Virus record (IMG/VR): IMGVR_UViG_3300048930_000318
Span: 1 to 61,621 of that record
Strand: one strand, 5' to 3'
Source: a virus
Lineage: Duplodnaviria > Caudoviricetes
Length of the DNA stretch: 61,621 nucleotides
Shown: one piece after another, positions 28,201 to 36,825 of the stretch
How the letters are laid out: every line of letters starts with the position of its first letter
Numbering within the stretch: position 1 is the stretch's first letter
Made by a program: the position numbers and the translations under genes
Notes under the pieces: model-generated
The model's database searches: none
What the model was told of the DNA's origin: nothing
What the model saw: the letters and a program-made list of their open reading frames with translations, nothing else

Positions 28201-28948
28201 AGCCAAGGTGTACCCCAAAGTCCGTTCAAAGATGGATGCTTCGCACTACTACTTACGATCCAAGCAAGGATGCTTGTTGTTGGCGGTAGCGTGTAAGGAG
28301 ATCCCCGCCTTCCACAAACTTTTGCTTGAATTCTTTCCAAATGCACTACCTTCTGATCTAAGCCATGTCACAACAGAAGAGGTGATGAATTGCTACTTCC
28401 GTGATGTTCGGGCCTATGGAAAGGTATTTGGGACTCGCGTATCCGAACACAACAATTTCGCATCAAACCTCGGCCATATCTGCAAAGATTTCGGTATTGT
28501 CCGTACCTGTCTGCGTTCTGGCGGTGATGCCCGTGATTACATCTTTGAAGAGAAAGCGACACGATACGCCCTTGAGCAAGCGACCTACGAAAGAAACCGA
28601 TACATGACCACAATTGACAAATGGAAAAACGGACACGGACTCGTTGATACAAGCGAGTTTGACCGCGAAGAGGGCGAGACGCAAGAAGAACCGAAGCAAG
28701 TGCATCTGTTCGCGCAGTACCCCCAACAACCAGCCACACAACAAAAAGTGCAAGCAAACGTACAACCTACACAACAAGATGATCTTGCCCGTCATGTTGG
28801 GTTTTATATGTCAGTCTATATGAACGCTGGAAAACAGGGGCCATTTGACGCCTTTGTCTTCACCAAGAAAAAACTCAACATCCAAGACCTCGACTACGCT
28901 TGGGCCTTGGATTGCAAGGCTGCTTTTGACAACTCTTTCTGGGGATAA
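25238..28948 (+). CDS. Replication initiator: AEP-like primase + PriCT-like + UL9/origin-binding SF2 helicase
   Basis: WVCIDID, SNSA..KAHFW, QQHYTSDP (primase-like); ASLGTGKT, LAHRVAL, VIDEADQV, LSAD, SGVSYD, QGACRVR (UL9/CyRepA1-like helicase); alternative start ATG 25331. Confidence 0.8.
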   Translation: MCKRHTDEEIHHQPKKKPQSVATRGFFESLPMKKIRAYRLRCQEIVAKKFVLSPQGYPQKTDKAHPATFNFSPLFWNSIEGLFGILSTLRCDPHSLIIRGNLKEGFSPNNQYRRKIDKPDKAGYVATVEEVDRDWVCIDIDNYRCKTQVDPHNKESLLEAARETLFAHLPQDLHNTSFVVQWSNSAFLDSQTYTFDPHKAKAHFWIMLDREVCGESLRPWLKAIGADSALADTIQQHYTSDPVCEGFTHPLPSEHRVFLVKGERDTLDTSKITTHEIFTTEQYKQRLEQEAQRKIQEAKAREERHVKQEQEQRITYGVEGSYTSRKALAESILNTAIKKIMSARDGNRGKTIFGQSKWIASIASEHRNGLPISYAQTMLESAAVNLAGQSAADLRDYRVSYKNGWSEGESSPQLLDLKVENKPQKITKAQKSKEQKEKAAQEKIANSIFYHYANLSAAQEPCGFSPTPHYMAPLHVAAGITAVRASLGTGKTEVAKALCKKYNSVLWLAHRVALTRNTQERLNEGETQAFSLYLDKEGKLVESKLIVCVDSISRVASQHDLVVIDEADQVLRSVIKRSKNRQASDAIFHKMMGLTIAGGGAKQILLLSADLCDTTLKAYEILFGKEVTNRIDHNWHHPDETWNFHETIDLWRLQLSEDLENNKKIFGFFASQATLIQYEAWIKQHFPSKKVVAIHREAEDEDRDTLESVNKLWKDADVVFVTTSAGSGVSYDVKDDFDAVYVNGYHAPLDFPASEYLQGACRVRHPRSRTIQAYIIESERPLKSLEAMHGEFERREGETLRILRSIGQVEEIRGAVTTTSQIFENAWLLSMLQGEERSHFAAKWICETLLDRQIKITYTTGTGDPKKSKKIQGEMQVAKEAVFIKEIGRILEAKDLTPAEAEPLRGQELKKAQQLEIKKHEAAMFYSQHEDKHTAPEAPTEEILVWDNKGKGRKTIRSLVTSAAFHSARDYNIFQDQHDLVFDTSDKEAKVYPKVRSKMDASHYYLRSKQGCLLLAVACKEIPAFHKLLLEFFPNALPSDLSHVTTEEVMNCYFRDVRAYGKVFGTRVSEHNNFASNLGHICKDFGIVRTCLRSGGDARDYIFEEKATRYALEQATYERNRYMTTIDKWKNGHGLVDTSEFDREEGETQEEPKQVHLFAQYPQQPATQQKVQANVQPTQQDDLARHVGFYMSVYMNAGKQGPFDAFVFTKKKLNIQDLDYAWALDCKAAFDNSFWG
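25279..25318. terminator. Bidirectional terminator-like hairpin in the initiator leader
   Basis: A9-GCCCC-aaa-GTGT-TGCG-ACAC-GGGGC-T6. Confidence 0.7.
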
Positions 28949-28949
28949 T

Positions 28950-29714
28950 ATGCAAACGATAGAACTCTGCTTAGGTGATTGCTTTGACTATCTACCACAG
29001 ATCCCAAGTGGTTCGGTAGATATGATCCTCGCAGATCTTCCCTATGGTACAACCCGCTGCTCTTGGGACGTGGTACTACCCTTTGAAGATCTTTGGAGAG
29101 AGTACAACCGTGTTCTCAAAGAGAGCGGTGCGGTTGTACTCTTTGGTACAGAGCCGTTTTCGTCAGCCCTACGCCTCAGTAATATCAAAGACTACCGCTA
29201 TGATATTTACTGGCAGAAAGATCGGGGTGCTAACTTCCTCTTTGGTAATCGTATGCCCCTCAAGGTTATCGAAACGATCTCTGTGTTTTACAAGAAACAG
29301 CCAACATACAACCCCCAGAAGAGAGAAAACCCCAAGGGGCCGTCAAAAAGACACCTAAGCCGCTATGTGAAGCCCTCCGATAACGTAAAGGATGTCATGG
29401 GGGATTCTTGGAAATTGCAATCTTGGGAAGCGGGGCAGAAGTACGAACCAGATAAACTACTGCCCACCTCTATTGAGTATTGCGCGAGAGAGCAAAAAGG
29501 TAAGGTTCATCCAACGCAAAAGCCTGTGGCCCTGCTCGAACGCCTTATCCTTACCTACACAAACGAGGGTGAGACTGTCCTTGATAACTGTATGGGATCG
29601 GGGTCAACAGGTGTAGCCGCACTCAAGACAAAGAGATCCTTCATCGGTATGGAGAAGGAAGAAAAATACTACATGATCGCACAGGATCGCATCAACGGGG
29701 TAACACCTACATGA
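28950..29714 (+). CDS. DNA methyltransferase (N6-A/N4-C, beta class)
   Basis: DMILADLPYG, HPTQKP, VLDNCMGSGST. Confidence 0.92.
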   Translation: MQTIELCLGDCFDYLPQIPSGSVDMILADLPYGTTRCSWDVVLPFEDLWREYNRVLKESGAVVLFGTEPFSSALRLSNIKDYRYDIYWQKDRGANFLFGNRMPLKVIETISVFYKKQPTYNPQKRENPKGPSKRHLSRYVKPSDNVKDVMGDSWKLQSWEAGQKYEPDKLLPTSIEYCAREQKGKVHPTQKPVALLERLILTYTNEGETVLDNCMGSGSTGVAALKTKRSFIGMEKEEKYYMIAQDRINGVTPT

Positions 29715-30307
29715 AGCCTATCACTATCGAACAACAAAAATTTAAGTGCATAGTGGCTGATCCGCCTTGGGAGGTTAAGCGTGGATCGCCGCAGGGAAGA
29801 CCATTTGGCACACAAATGGCCAGTCAAAATTTACCGTACCCCACCATGTCTGTAGATGAAATTTGCCAATTGCCCGTCCAAGACCTCGCAGACAAAGACG
29901 CGCACCTCTATCTTTGGACTATAAATCGCTATATTGAAGATGCGTATCTTGTGGCCCGTGCTTGGGGTTTCAAGCCTAGTACGTTATTGGTGTGGGCCAA
30001 GACCCCTAAAGGTCTCGGCTTAGGTGGGACTTACGCCTTATCCTCCGAATTCTGCTTATTTTCAAGGCGCGGAACGCTACCCGCGAAGAGAAGAGAAGAA
30101 ACAAACTGGTGGCATTGGAAGAGAAGTAAGCATAGTCAAAAGCCCGAAGAATTCCAAGATATGATCGAGTCTGTCAGTCAAGGCCCGTATCTTGAACTTT
30201 TTGCAAGAAGAAAGCGAGAAGGTTGGTCTGTATGGGGAAACGAAGTTGAATGTGATGTCTTGTTAACCGAGGTGACACCTACATGAAGCCTATCACCATA
30301 GAACAAC
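29699..30307 (+). repeat. 37-bp direct repeats flanking the MT-A70 gene
   Basis: GGT[A/G]ACACCTACATGAAGCCTATCAC[T/C]AT[C/A]GAACAAC at 29699-29735 and 30271-30307. Confidence 0.9.
29711..30286 (+). CDS. MT-A70 family adenine methyltransferase
   Basis: IVADPPW, LYLWT, HSQKP, LELFARR. Confidence 0.92.
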   Translation: MKPITIEQQKFKCIVADPPWEVKRGSPQGRPFGTQMASQNLPYPTMSVDEICQLPVQDLADKDAHLYLWTINRYIEDAYLVARAWGFKPSTLLVWAKTPKGLGLGGTYALSSEFCLFSRRGTLPAKRREETNWWHWKRSKHSQKPEEFQDMIESVSQGPYLELFARRKREGWSVWGNEVECDVLLTEVTPT

Positions 30308-30906
30308 TCAAGGCGGGTGCTACAATCCTCGGTATCACCTTCGATCCAAGGGCTACACCTACGCAACTGGAATACGCTATCAACAAACACCTCAAAGAAG
30401 ATGAATCCTATGGGAAGTATGCCTGTCCAGCCTGTGAACGCAAGATCATAGATATTGTACCCGTTTGTCCCTTCTGTACGGTACAGCTTGCACCACTACC
30501 TCAATACCAAGACCCCGATTACGCTACCATCGGAACCATTGAGGATGAAGCCTTTGGAGAGATTGAGATCCAAAGTCTTGCTGTCAAAGATGCTCAATCT
30601 ATCCGAACAGAAGACCTTGAGCCTATCGTCACCAAGAAGGTGAGCAACAAGAAGACGAAGCAGAAGATCATGGACGTAGAGCGAGAACAAGACGCGATCA
30701 AGATCCTCGGTATGCTACCGATCAAGCGTTCTGCCCTCGAACAGATCAAACGAGAGAAATTACTACGCATTGCCGCTGTCCTTGAGGTACAAGACCGCAG
30801 TTTCTTTCACCTCAAAACACCAGCACTGATCGATCTTCTCCTACTGACACAGACTCAGAGGGGCTTCGATGTAACAGAAGACGCAGAAGATAAAGAAAGT
30901 GCTTGA
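30283..30906 (+). CDS. Hypothetical protein with Zn ribbon
   Basis: CPAC...CPFC; ATGA overlap. Confidence 0.65.
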   Translation: MKPITIEQLKAGATILGITFDPRATPTQLEYAINKHLKEDESYGKYACPACERKIIDIVPVCPFCTVQLAPLPQYQDPDYATIGTIEDEAFGEIEIQSLAVKDAQSIRTEDLEPIVTKKVSNKKTKQKIMDVEREQDAIKILGMLPIKRSALEQIKREKLLRIAAVLEVQDRSFFHLKTPALIDLLLLTQTQRGFDVTEDAEDKESA

Positions 30907-30931
30907 CATGGTAGGTCGTGTATGGTATATC
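30903..30931 (+). promoter_or_regulatory. Sigma70-like promoter
   Basis: TTGACA-17-TATATC. Confidence 0.55.
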
Positions 30932-30965
30932 CATCTTGGGTCTAAACAAAGAAAGGGTAAAGGCT

Positions 30966-31418
30966 ATGGAAAAAAGATACGTCACAGAGAGCGAAGGCAT
31001 TAAGGCAATTGTCGTTGAAGATACACTCACGTTTGACGATACGGACTATACTGCGTCCTACCGACTGTGGTACTACAGCAAACACCTGTGGCACGTCACG
31101 ATCTCCGACGAGGAAAATTGCCTTGTCGCTGAATGGGACACGATACTTGCTATCGAAGATCAGATCGTAGATCTTCACGAAAAAAACAAAGAAAAACCCC
31201 TCAAGGAAGGCGATGTCTATACCTGTCGTGCAGAGACCGACGAGGGAGACTTCACTATCAAGTTGGATGGTGACGGCTACTTCTTTGTGAAAGGTGATGA
31301 TGGTCAATCCTTGGAGATGTTCTATCCCCAACTCAACGAACTCCTTGCTATAATCCAAGAGAAGAAAGAAGAGTTGGACGCCGAGTATGCCAAACAACAG
31401 AAGGAGAAACAAGCGTGA
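30966..31418 (+). CDS. Acidic hypothetical protein
   Basis: Start MEKRY after AAAGGGTAAAGG. Confidence 0.6.
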   Translation: MEKRYVTESEGIKAIVVEDTLTFDDTDYTASYRLWYYSKHLWHVTISDEENCLVAEWDTILAIEDQIVDLHEKNKEKPLKEGDVYTCRAETDEGDFTIKLDGDGYFFVKGDDGQSLEMFYPQLNELLAIIQEKKEELDAEYAKQQKEKQA

Positions 31419-31771
31419 CAAACGAAAAAGAGACACTACCGCAATACAGATCTGCAAGATACCACAACGACGTAAAGCGTCGGTTTGTGGCTACACTCCA
31501 ACCTTGTCAACTCGTGACTTCTGGTGACGACTACGACAACAGAGAGCAAGCACAGGCGGCGGCTATCTACTTCTTTGGTGAAGATGCAAAAGCCTCTCTC
31601 CTGCGTGGATCTCACGACGATAAATCGTGGGTATGGAAGGTGACACCCAAGAACTTTCCACCTAACCCAAGGATTGCAGAGATCCAAATGCTCCAATCTC
31701 TTGTGAACCGTTTGACCGACCAGATCGACGCACTGTACTCCGAACTTGATAGCGATGGAGAGGGGCAGTAA
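31415..31771 (+). CDS. Hypothetical protein
   Basis: GTGA overlap and AGGAG RBS. Confidence 0.6.
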   Translation: MTNEKETLPQYRSARYHNDVKRRFVATLQPCQLVTSGDDYDNREQAQAAAIYFFGEDAKASLLRGSHDDKSWVWKVTPKNFPPNPRIAEIQMLQSLVNRLTDQIDALYSELDSDGEGQ

Positions 31772-31772
31772 G

Positions 31773-32924
31773 ATGATACTAGCAGACAATTTAGCCGCAC
31801 TAACAATTCACGGGGATTGTTTGGATGAGATGAAAACACTACCAGACCATAGCGTGGATGCTATCGTTACAGATCCACCTGCGGGTATTGGATTTATGGG
31901 TAAAAAATGGGATCTTGGTAGGGGTGGACGAGACAATTGGATCTCTTGGATGTGTCAGGTTGCATCTGAGTGTTACCGTGTTCTAAAGCACGGCGGTCAC
32001 GCTGTTGTTTGGGCATTACCTCGAAATTCACACTGGACGGCAACCGCTTGGGAAAACGCGGGGTTTGAGGTACGAGATCGTATTGCTCACGCCTTCTCAA
32101 CAGGTTTTCCAAAGTCACATTCTATACAGAAAGCCATCGAAAAAAAACAAGGAGAAGGTGCAGCACAAGAATTTGTGGGATGGGGTACTGCACTCAAACC
32201 TGCAATCGAAGACTGGTGGTTGTTGCGTAAGCCTATAGAGAGTGGGTTGACGGTTGCAGAGAATATGTTGAAATGGGGCGTTGGCGGTATCAACATAGAT
32301 GCTTGTCGAGTTGAAGGATCTTGGAACGGTTCGCCCACTCGCAAGCAGGGTAAGAAAAATGACGTTTTTGGTAAGATCGCGGTGGGCTTGGAGACAAAGC
32401 AAGAAGAGGGTGGGAGGTTTCCATCCAACTTTACCCACGATAATAGCGAAGATGTGGCCATGCTTCTCTCCCAAGATCAGAGAAAATTCTTCAAGTCTTT
32501 GGAGGATACACAAGAAGACAGGGGGCATATCGAATATATCACATCTATTCTTTATGTACCCAAAGCATCAACAGGTGACAAAGAATTGGGGTGTGGTGAC
32601 ATTGAGCCGCGAATAGGCGGCTCAATGTCAGGAAAGGAAACCAGAGACGGTAAGCCCACAAACCACCCCCTGCGCCAAAACTCGCATCCAACAGTGAAAT
32701 CTACAGCCCTTATGCGCTATCTTTGTCGCCTTGTAACGCCACCGCAAGGTATAGTGTTAGACCCTTTTATGGGGTCTGGATCAACAGGTGTGGCTTGTAT
32801 GCGAGAGGGTTTCCGATTCATTGGTATTGAGCAAGATGAACACTACTATAGTATTGCATCTTCTCGCATCAATCACAGCAAGAATATGTACCTGGAAGAG
32901 AAAGGTATAGCAACATGGCCGTAA
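31773..32924 (+). CDS. DNA methyltransferase (N6-A/N4-C, beta class)
   Basis: DAIVTDPPAG, GFPKS, HPTVKS, VLDPFMGSGSTG. Confidence 0.92.
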   Translation: MILADNLAALTIHGDCLDEMKTLPDHSVDAIVTDPPAGIGFMGKKWDLGRGGRDNWISWMCQVASECYRVLKHGGHAVVWALPRNSHWTATAWENAGFEVRDRIAHAFSTGFPKSHSIQKAIEKKQGEGAAQEFVGWGTALKPAIEDWWLLRKPIESGLTVAENMLKWGVGGINIDACRVEGSWNGSPTRKQGKKNDVFGKIAVGLETKQEEGGRFPSNFTHDNSEDVAMLLSQDQRKFFKSLEDTQEDRGHIEYITSILYVPKASTGDKELGCGDIEPRIGGSMSGKETRDGKPTNHPLRQNSHPTVKSTALMRYLCRLVTPPQGIVLDPFMGSGSTGVACMREGFRFIGIEQDEHYYSIASSRINHSKNMYLEEKGIATWP

Positions 32925-33259
32925 AAATGACAGGTGCAGAATGGAGAGACTTCTACACTGATAAAGCCTTCTGGACGGATATATCCCACGACGAAGAGGT
33001 TATTACTATCAACGGAAAGACCGACGATAGTGAAACGTATCTTGATGTAGAAGATACTGATGTTGTCCGTGTAGAGGGCGGTACGGTGTACGAACACGGG
33101 CCTACAGGCGACGAATACGAGCCTACCTGTAGCCTTGAAACGTACATCAAGCGTTGGCGAAAGGCGCAGAAGCAAACAACACTCACTATCAAGATTGACA
33201 AAGCCTCTGAGAAGGCTTTACGAGAGGTTGTCAAGACCCTCGGAGGTAAGATCCTCTAA
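32915..33259 (+). CDS. Hypothetical phage protein
   Basis: 114-aa ORF with AAAGG RBS. Confidence 0.6.
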   Translation: MAVKMTGAEWRDFYTDKAFWTDISHDEEVITINGKTDDSETYLDVEDTDVVRVEGGTVYEHGPTGDEYEPTCSLETYIKRWRKAQKQTTLTIKIDKASEKALREVVKTLGGKIL

Positions 33260-33277
33260 CCCCATAAAGGTTCAACC

Positions 33278-33481
33278 ATGCACAACCCACATCATACCGT
33301 ACTGCAAGTAGCCTCAGTTATCATCTTCTCGCTTACCTTCTTTTTTCTTGGTTACACATACCAAGAATACAAGATGGGAGTCGCTTCTTGGGTGTGGCTA
33401 CCTACCGTCGTTCTTGTTGGCATCGCTTCCTATATCCTCTCCCTCTTCTTTGTTATCCTCTACACCATCCTGCGAGACTAA
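33278..33481 (+). CDS. Small two-helix membrane protein
   Basis: Two hydrophobic segments. Confidence 0.55.
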   Translation: MHNPHHTVLQVASVIIFSLTFFFLGYTYQEYKMGVASWVWLPTVVLVGIASYILSLFFVILYTILRD

Positions 33482-33486
33482 CCCCC

Positions 33487-35241
33487 ATGAAACACATCGA
33501 ACTAGAGGTAAAACAGTACCTCACACTCAAGCGTTGGGAGTCAAAACTCAACGGTGAAGAGTACAAGATCAAGGTCTGCCCCTTCTGCCAGTCAGAAGAG
33601 TGGTCTTTCTATATGTCAGCAAAGACCTCTCAGTACCGCTGTATGAAAGCCTCTTGTGGTGAGACTGGAAACCTTACTACCCTCAAAAAACACCTTGGGG
33701 ATCTCACCGCCAAAGAAGAGAAGCAAGACTCAGGTAAATTCATCTCTGCGGATATGGTCGAGACTTGGCATAATCGACTACTCAACAAACCAGACTACCT
33801 ACAGAAAGTCCTTGATAGAGGCTTCACACAAGAGGCTATCAAGAAATTCCGACTCGGTATCCGCATCCTCGCAGAAGGTGGGCCTGTCTATCTCTGCATC
33901 CCACACCTTGAGAATGGTGTGTGTCGTAACGTCAAGTACCGTATCCTCGAAGATGAAGGGTCTTACTCACCCTCCGATAAGTGGCGCAGGGAAGAGGGAT
34001 ATAAGAGCATCTTGTTTAATGTGGACGCCTTGGATGAAGCAGAAGAGATCTACATCGCAGAGTCGGAACTAGATGCCGTATCTCTCTGGTGTGCAGGATA
34101 CAAAAACGTCGTAGGTCTTACCGTAGGTGCAGACACCTTCAAACCTGAGTGGTTTGACCTGTTCGCCAACCTCAAGAAGATCTATATCTGTCTTGATAGC
34201 GATAATGCAGGTCAGAAGGGCGCACAGGATCTAGCTAGGCGGCTAGGCTTTGCTAGGTGTGTCAATGTGATATGGCCCCTCAAAGACCCCAACAAAGTCC
34301 TAACAGATCTCGGTGAGGATCATCTTCACTTTGCAATCTCCCAAGCCTCCCCCTTCGAGGTTTCTGGTGTTGTCACTATCGAACAAGCCCTCTCAAGACG
34401 GCAAAACAACCTAGATAGTGATCGTCATGGTATTCTCTCCCCTTGGCCCTCTGTCAATCGCCTTCTTGGTAAAGGACTTCAACAGGGAGACCTCACGATC
34501 CTCTCTGCTCGATATAAAGTAGGGAAAAGCACCCTCTCCCTTCAATGGCTTACTTGGCTTGCCTCTCAGGGTATTCCTTCCCTTATGGTCAACCTTGAGA
34601 TGCCTGTACCTCGCCTTATTGACAAGATCGTCCAGTCTGTTCGTTGCAAGTCAGACGATATGATCGAGCCTTTGGACTACACACTCACACGCCAGTTTCT
34701 TCAAGACAAGCCATTCTACTTTCTTGAAGACGGTGAGGGCCGATTCTCCAACGCGGATCGCATCTTTGACGCTATGGAGGATGCCGTCAAACGCTACGGT
34801 ATCCGAGTCGTTGTATTCGACCACCTCCACTACCTCTGCCGATCCATGAATATCCGAGACGAGATCGGACACGTTATGCGCCGATTCAAAGCCTTTGCTA
34901 TGCAGTTTGGGATCTCCGTGATCTTGATTGCACAGCCCCGCAAACTCAACGGACAACGCCCAACATCCGACGATCTCAAAGACTCAGTATCCATCGCAAC
35001 AGACGCAGACTGGATCATCCTTCTCCATCGACTCTCTATGGCATCCGAGACAGACGAATTCGATAGTGAAGGTGATCCAGAAGAACCACAAGAGATTTTA
35101 TCCCCTATCACAGAAGTGATCTTTGATGCTACCCGCTTTCGTAGTGGTGGTCGTGTGAAGCTGTACTACGAAGGTGAAACCTCGACTTTCTTTGAGCAGG
35201 AACACGGACAGCCCCTCAGAAGTGTTGTCCACAAACTATAG
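33487..35241 (+). CDS. T7 gp4/Twinkle-like primase-helicase
   Basis: CPFC Zn finger, TOPRIM IAESELDA and LDSDNAG, KDPN, Walker A ARYKVGKS, FDHLH, IAQPRK. Confidence 0.9.
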   Translation: MKHIELEVKQYLTLKRWESKLNGEEYKIKVCPFCQSEEWSFYMSAKTSQYRCMKASCGETGNLTTLKKHLGDLTAKEEKQDSGKFISADMVETWHNRLLNKPDYLQKVLDRGFTQEAIKKFRLGIRILAEGGPVYLCIPHLENGVCRNVKYRILEDEGSYSPSDKWRREEGYKSILFNVDALDEAEEIYIAESELDAVSLWCAGYKNVVGLTVGADTFKPEWFDLFANLKKIYICLDSDNAGQKGAQDLARRLGFARCVNVIWPLKDPNKVLTDLGEDHLHFAISQASPFEVSGVVTIEQALSRRQNNLDSDRHGILSPWPSVNRLLGKGLQQGDLTILSARYKVGKSTLSLQWLTWLASQGIPSLMVNLEMPVPRLIDKIVQSVRCKSDDMIEPLDYTLTRQFLQDKPFYFLEDGEGRFSNADRIFDAMEDAVKRYGIRVVVFDHLHYLCRSMNIRDEIGHVMRRFKAFAMQFGISVILIAQPRKLNGQRPTSDDLKDSVSIATDADWIILLHRLSMASETDEFDSEGDPEEPQEILSPITEVIFDATRFRSGGRVKLYYEGETSTFFEQEHGQPLRSVVHKL

Positions 35242-35249
35242 GACAGACC

Positions 35250-35369
35250 ATGACAAAAAGAAAAGTTCCGCGATATGATCTCGATGATCTTCTTGAAGAT
35301 CTGACGCCAGAGGATGTTAGCCTTGATTTCGATTGGGGGGCAGATGTAGGCGAGGAGATTGTTGGGTGA
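35250..35369 (+). CDS. 39-aa MazE C-terminal-like peptide (candidate antitoxin mimic)
   Basis: MTKRKVPRYDLDDLLEDLTPEDVSLDFDWGADVGEEIVG; AGGA RBS; GTGA coupling to the next ORF; below the ORF-track length cutoff. Confidence 0.75.
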   Translation: MTKRKVPRYDLDDLLEDLTPEDVSLDFDWGADVGEEIVG

Positions 35370-35548
35370 GAAAGAATTTGATCCCACGCGAGAGTCTGTA
35401 TTGGAAGTACATGAAAATGCGAGAAGGTGCCTTGAATGAAAGAGATAACGCACAAACAGACGAAGAAAGAAAATCAGCAAGCATCGCCGCGTTTGAATTT
35501 AGACTCAAAGCAATAGAAGCGAGAAGGTCTGAGTTAAAAACCTCTTGA
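35366..35548 (+). CDS. Small hypothetical protein
   Basis: GTG start overlapping the previous stop codon. Confidence 0.45.
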   Translation: MRKNLIPRESLYWKYMKMREGALNERDNAQTDEERKSASIAAFEFRLKAIEARRSELKTS

Positions 35549-35599
35549 CATCGCACCTGTCCTTGTGTATAAGAACAAAGCGACGATCAAAGAGATCGT
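35545..35599 (+). promoter_or_regulatory. Sigma70-like promoter with ACGATC-N5-GATCGT dyad
   Basis: TTGACA-17-TATAAG; dyad at 35583-35599. Confidence 0.65.
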
Positions 35600-35622
35600 A
35601 AAATCAAGAAAAGGAGTAAGAT

Positions 35623-35976
35623 ATGTCAAACACTCTAAAGCCGTTCGAGCCTCTGCCAATCAGCGAAGCCCTTCACGCTTTCATCAAAGAGATGATGGAC
35701 AGAAAAAGATCTAACGTCGAAACAATTGAACAGTTAAGCCAAGCAAATACGGCGATTATGACCCATGTATGGGAACAGATTCAAGAGGCGTTTCCAGAAA
35801 CCAAAGGTCGAAATATGGTTTGCAACAGACGTGAGGATGGTTCATACATGGTCTCTTTGATGTATGACAAAAAAGAAATTCCATCTTCAAACGACCGTGT
35901 GCGCTTGCTTTTTGCTGGACTGGAGAGCGAGGGCGCGACTCTCTCTCAGATTCGCGGGATGTTGGAGCGTGAATGA
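35623..35976 (+). CDS. Hypothetical protein
   Basis: AAGGAG RBS downstream of the promoter. Confidence 0.65.
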   Translation: MSNTLKPFEPLPISEALHAFIKEMMDRKRSNVETIEQLSQANTAIMTHVWEQIQEAFPETKGRNMVCNRREDGSYMVSLMYDKKEIPSSNDRVRLLFAGLESEGATLSQIRGMLERE

Positions 35977-36134
35977 AACTCCGCACCGTAGGTATTTTTG
36001 TCAACTACTTTGGACTGTTGCTTGGGGTTATTGGCGTGATCACAGCACGCACAGCATCACAGCAAGTCACCCCTTTGACGGTTGTTTTCGTGAACGCTTT
36101 TCTTATTTGGCTTTGGCTCGTAAAGAAGGATTGA
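35973..36134 (+). CDS. 53-aa membrane protein
   Basis: MKLRTVGIFVNYFGLLLGVIG...FLIWLWLVKKD; ATGA overlap and GGAG RBS. Confidence 0.5.
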   Translation: MKLRTVGIFVNYFGLLLGVIGVITARTASQQVTPLTVVFVNAFLIWLWLVKKD

Positions 36135-36139
36135 AACCG

Positions 36140-36349
36140 ATGTTCGGACATAGAAAAGGGCCGCAGTTCGACCGCTTACGCAAGCTCCTGCGTGATAAGA
36201 CAATCACGACAATGGAGTATCGTCGGCTTGCTAACTGCGAAAGCAACTTTGCTGGCGTAATACAGCACTACGGTTGGCGCAAGACATTGAAGGCTATCTA
36301 TCAGGGATACTATGCAATTCAACACCTTTATTGGGAGATTGAGAGATGA
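36140..36349 (+). CDS. Small hypothetical protein
   Basis: ATG after AAGGA; 3' part of track ORF 35864..36349. Confidence 0.5.
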   Translation: MFGHRKGPQFDRLRKLLRDKTITTMEYRRLANCESNFAGVIQHYGWRKTLKAIYQGYYAIQHLYWEIER

Positions 36350-36389
36350 TGCCCGTCGCAATCATCCGAATCCTCTTGGAGAGCGAATA

Positions 36390-36734
36390 ATGCCAATCGC
36401 AATGGAAATCTTTGTCTGCGGTTTGTTCGGCCTCGCCCTTCTTGGTTCCCTCGGTGCGCTTGGCTGCTTCCTGCAAATGCGTGTATATCAGAACGAAGAT
36501 TGGGAACACGACCGCGAAGTAGGGTGGGCAAGCGCCCACCTCTCTGTACAGAGACAGATATACCAAGACGATCACAACCTGCGCGTGATCGTCGCCGAAT
36601 TTCACCGAGATAAGATCGGTGGACTGATTTGCCCCATCCACGGTCGAGAGGCATACAAAGATGGGGGGCAAGCGTACTTCAAAACACTACGCACATCTAC
36701 TATCTTGATAAAGGAACCTAAACCTGTGCGGTAG
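36390..36734 (+). CDS. Hypothetical protein with N-terminal membrane helix
   Basis: GGAG RBS; hydrophobic N-terminus. Confidence 0.5.
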   Translation: MPIAMEIFVCGLFGLALLGSLGALGCFLQMRVYQNEDWEHDREVGWASAHLSVQRQIYQDDHNLRVIVAEFHRDKIGGLICPIHGREAYKDGGQAYFKTLRTSTILIKEPKPVR

Positions 36735-36752
36735 GTGATATTCAAAAAATCC

Positions 36753-36781
36753 TTGACACGTCCGTCTCCGTAGTGTATAGA
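36753..36781 (+). promoter_or_regulatory. Sigma70-like promoter
   Basis: TTGACA-17-TATAGA, with GTG before the -10 as in the other phage promoters. Confidence 0.6.
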
Positions 36782-36825
36782 AAAGAAAAGCCACTATCGG
36801 CCTTCTCACAACGGAGACCTTCGGT

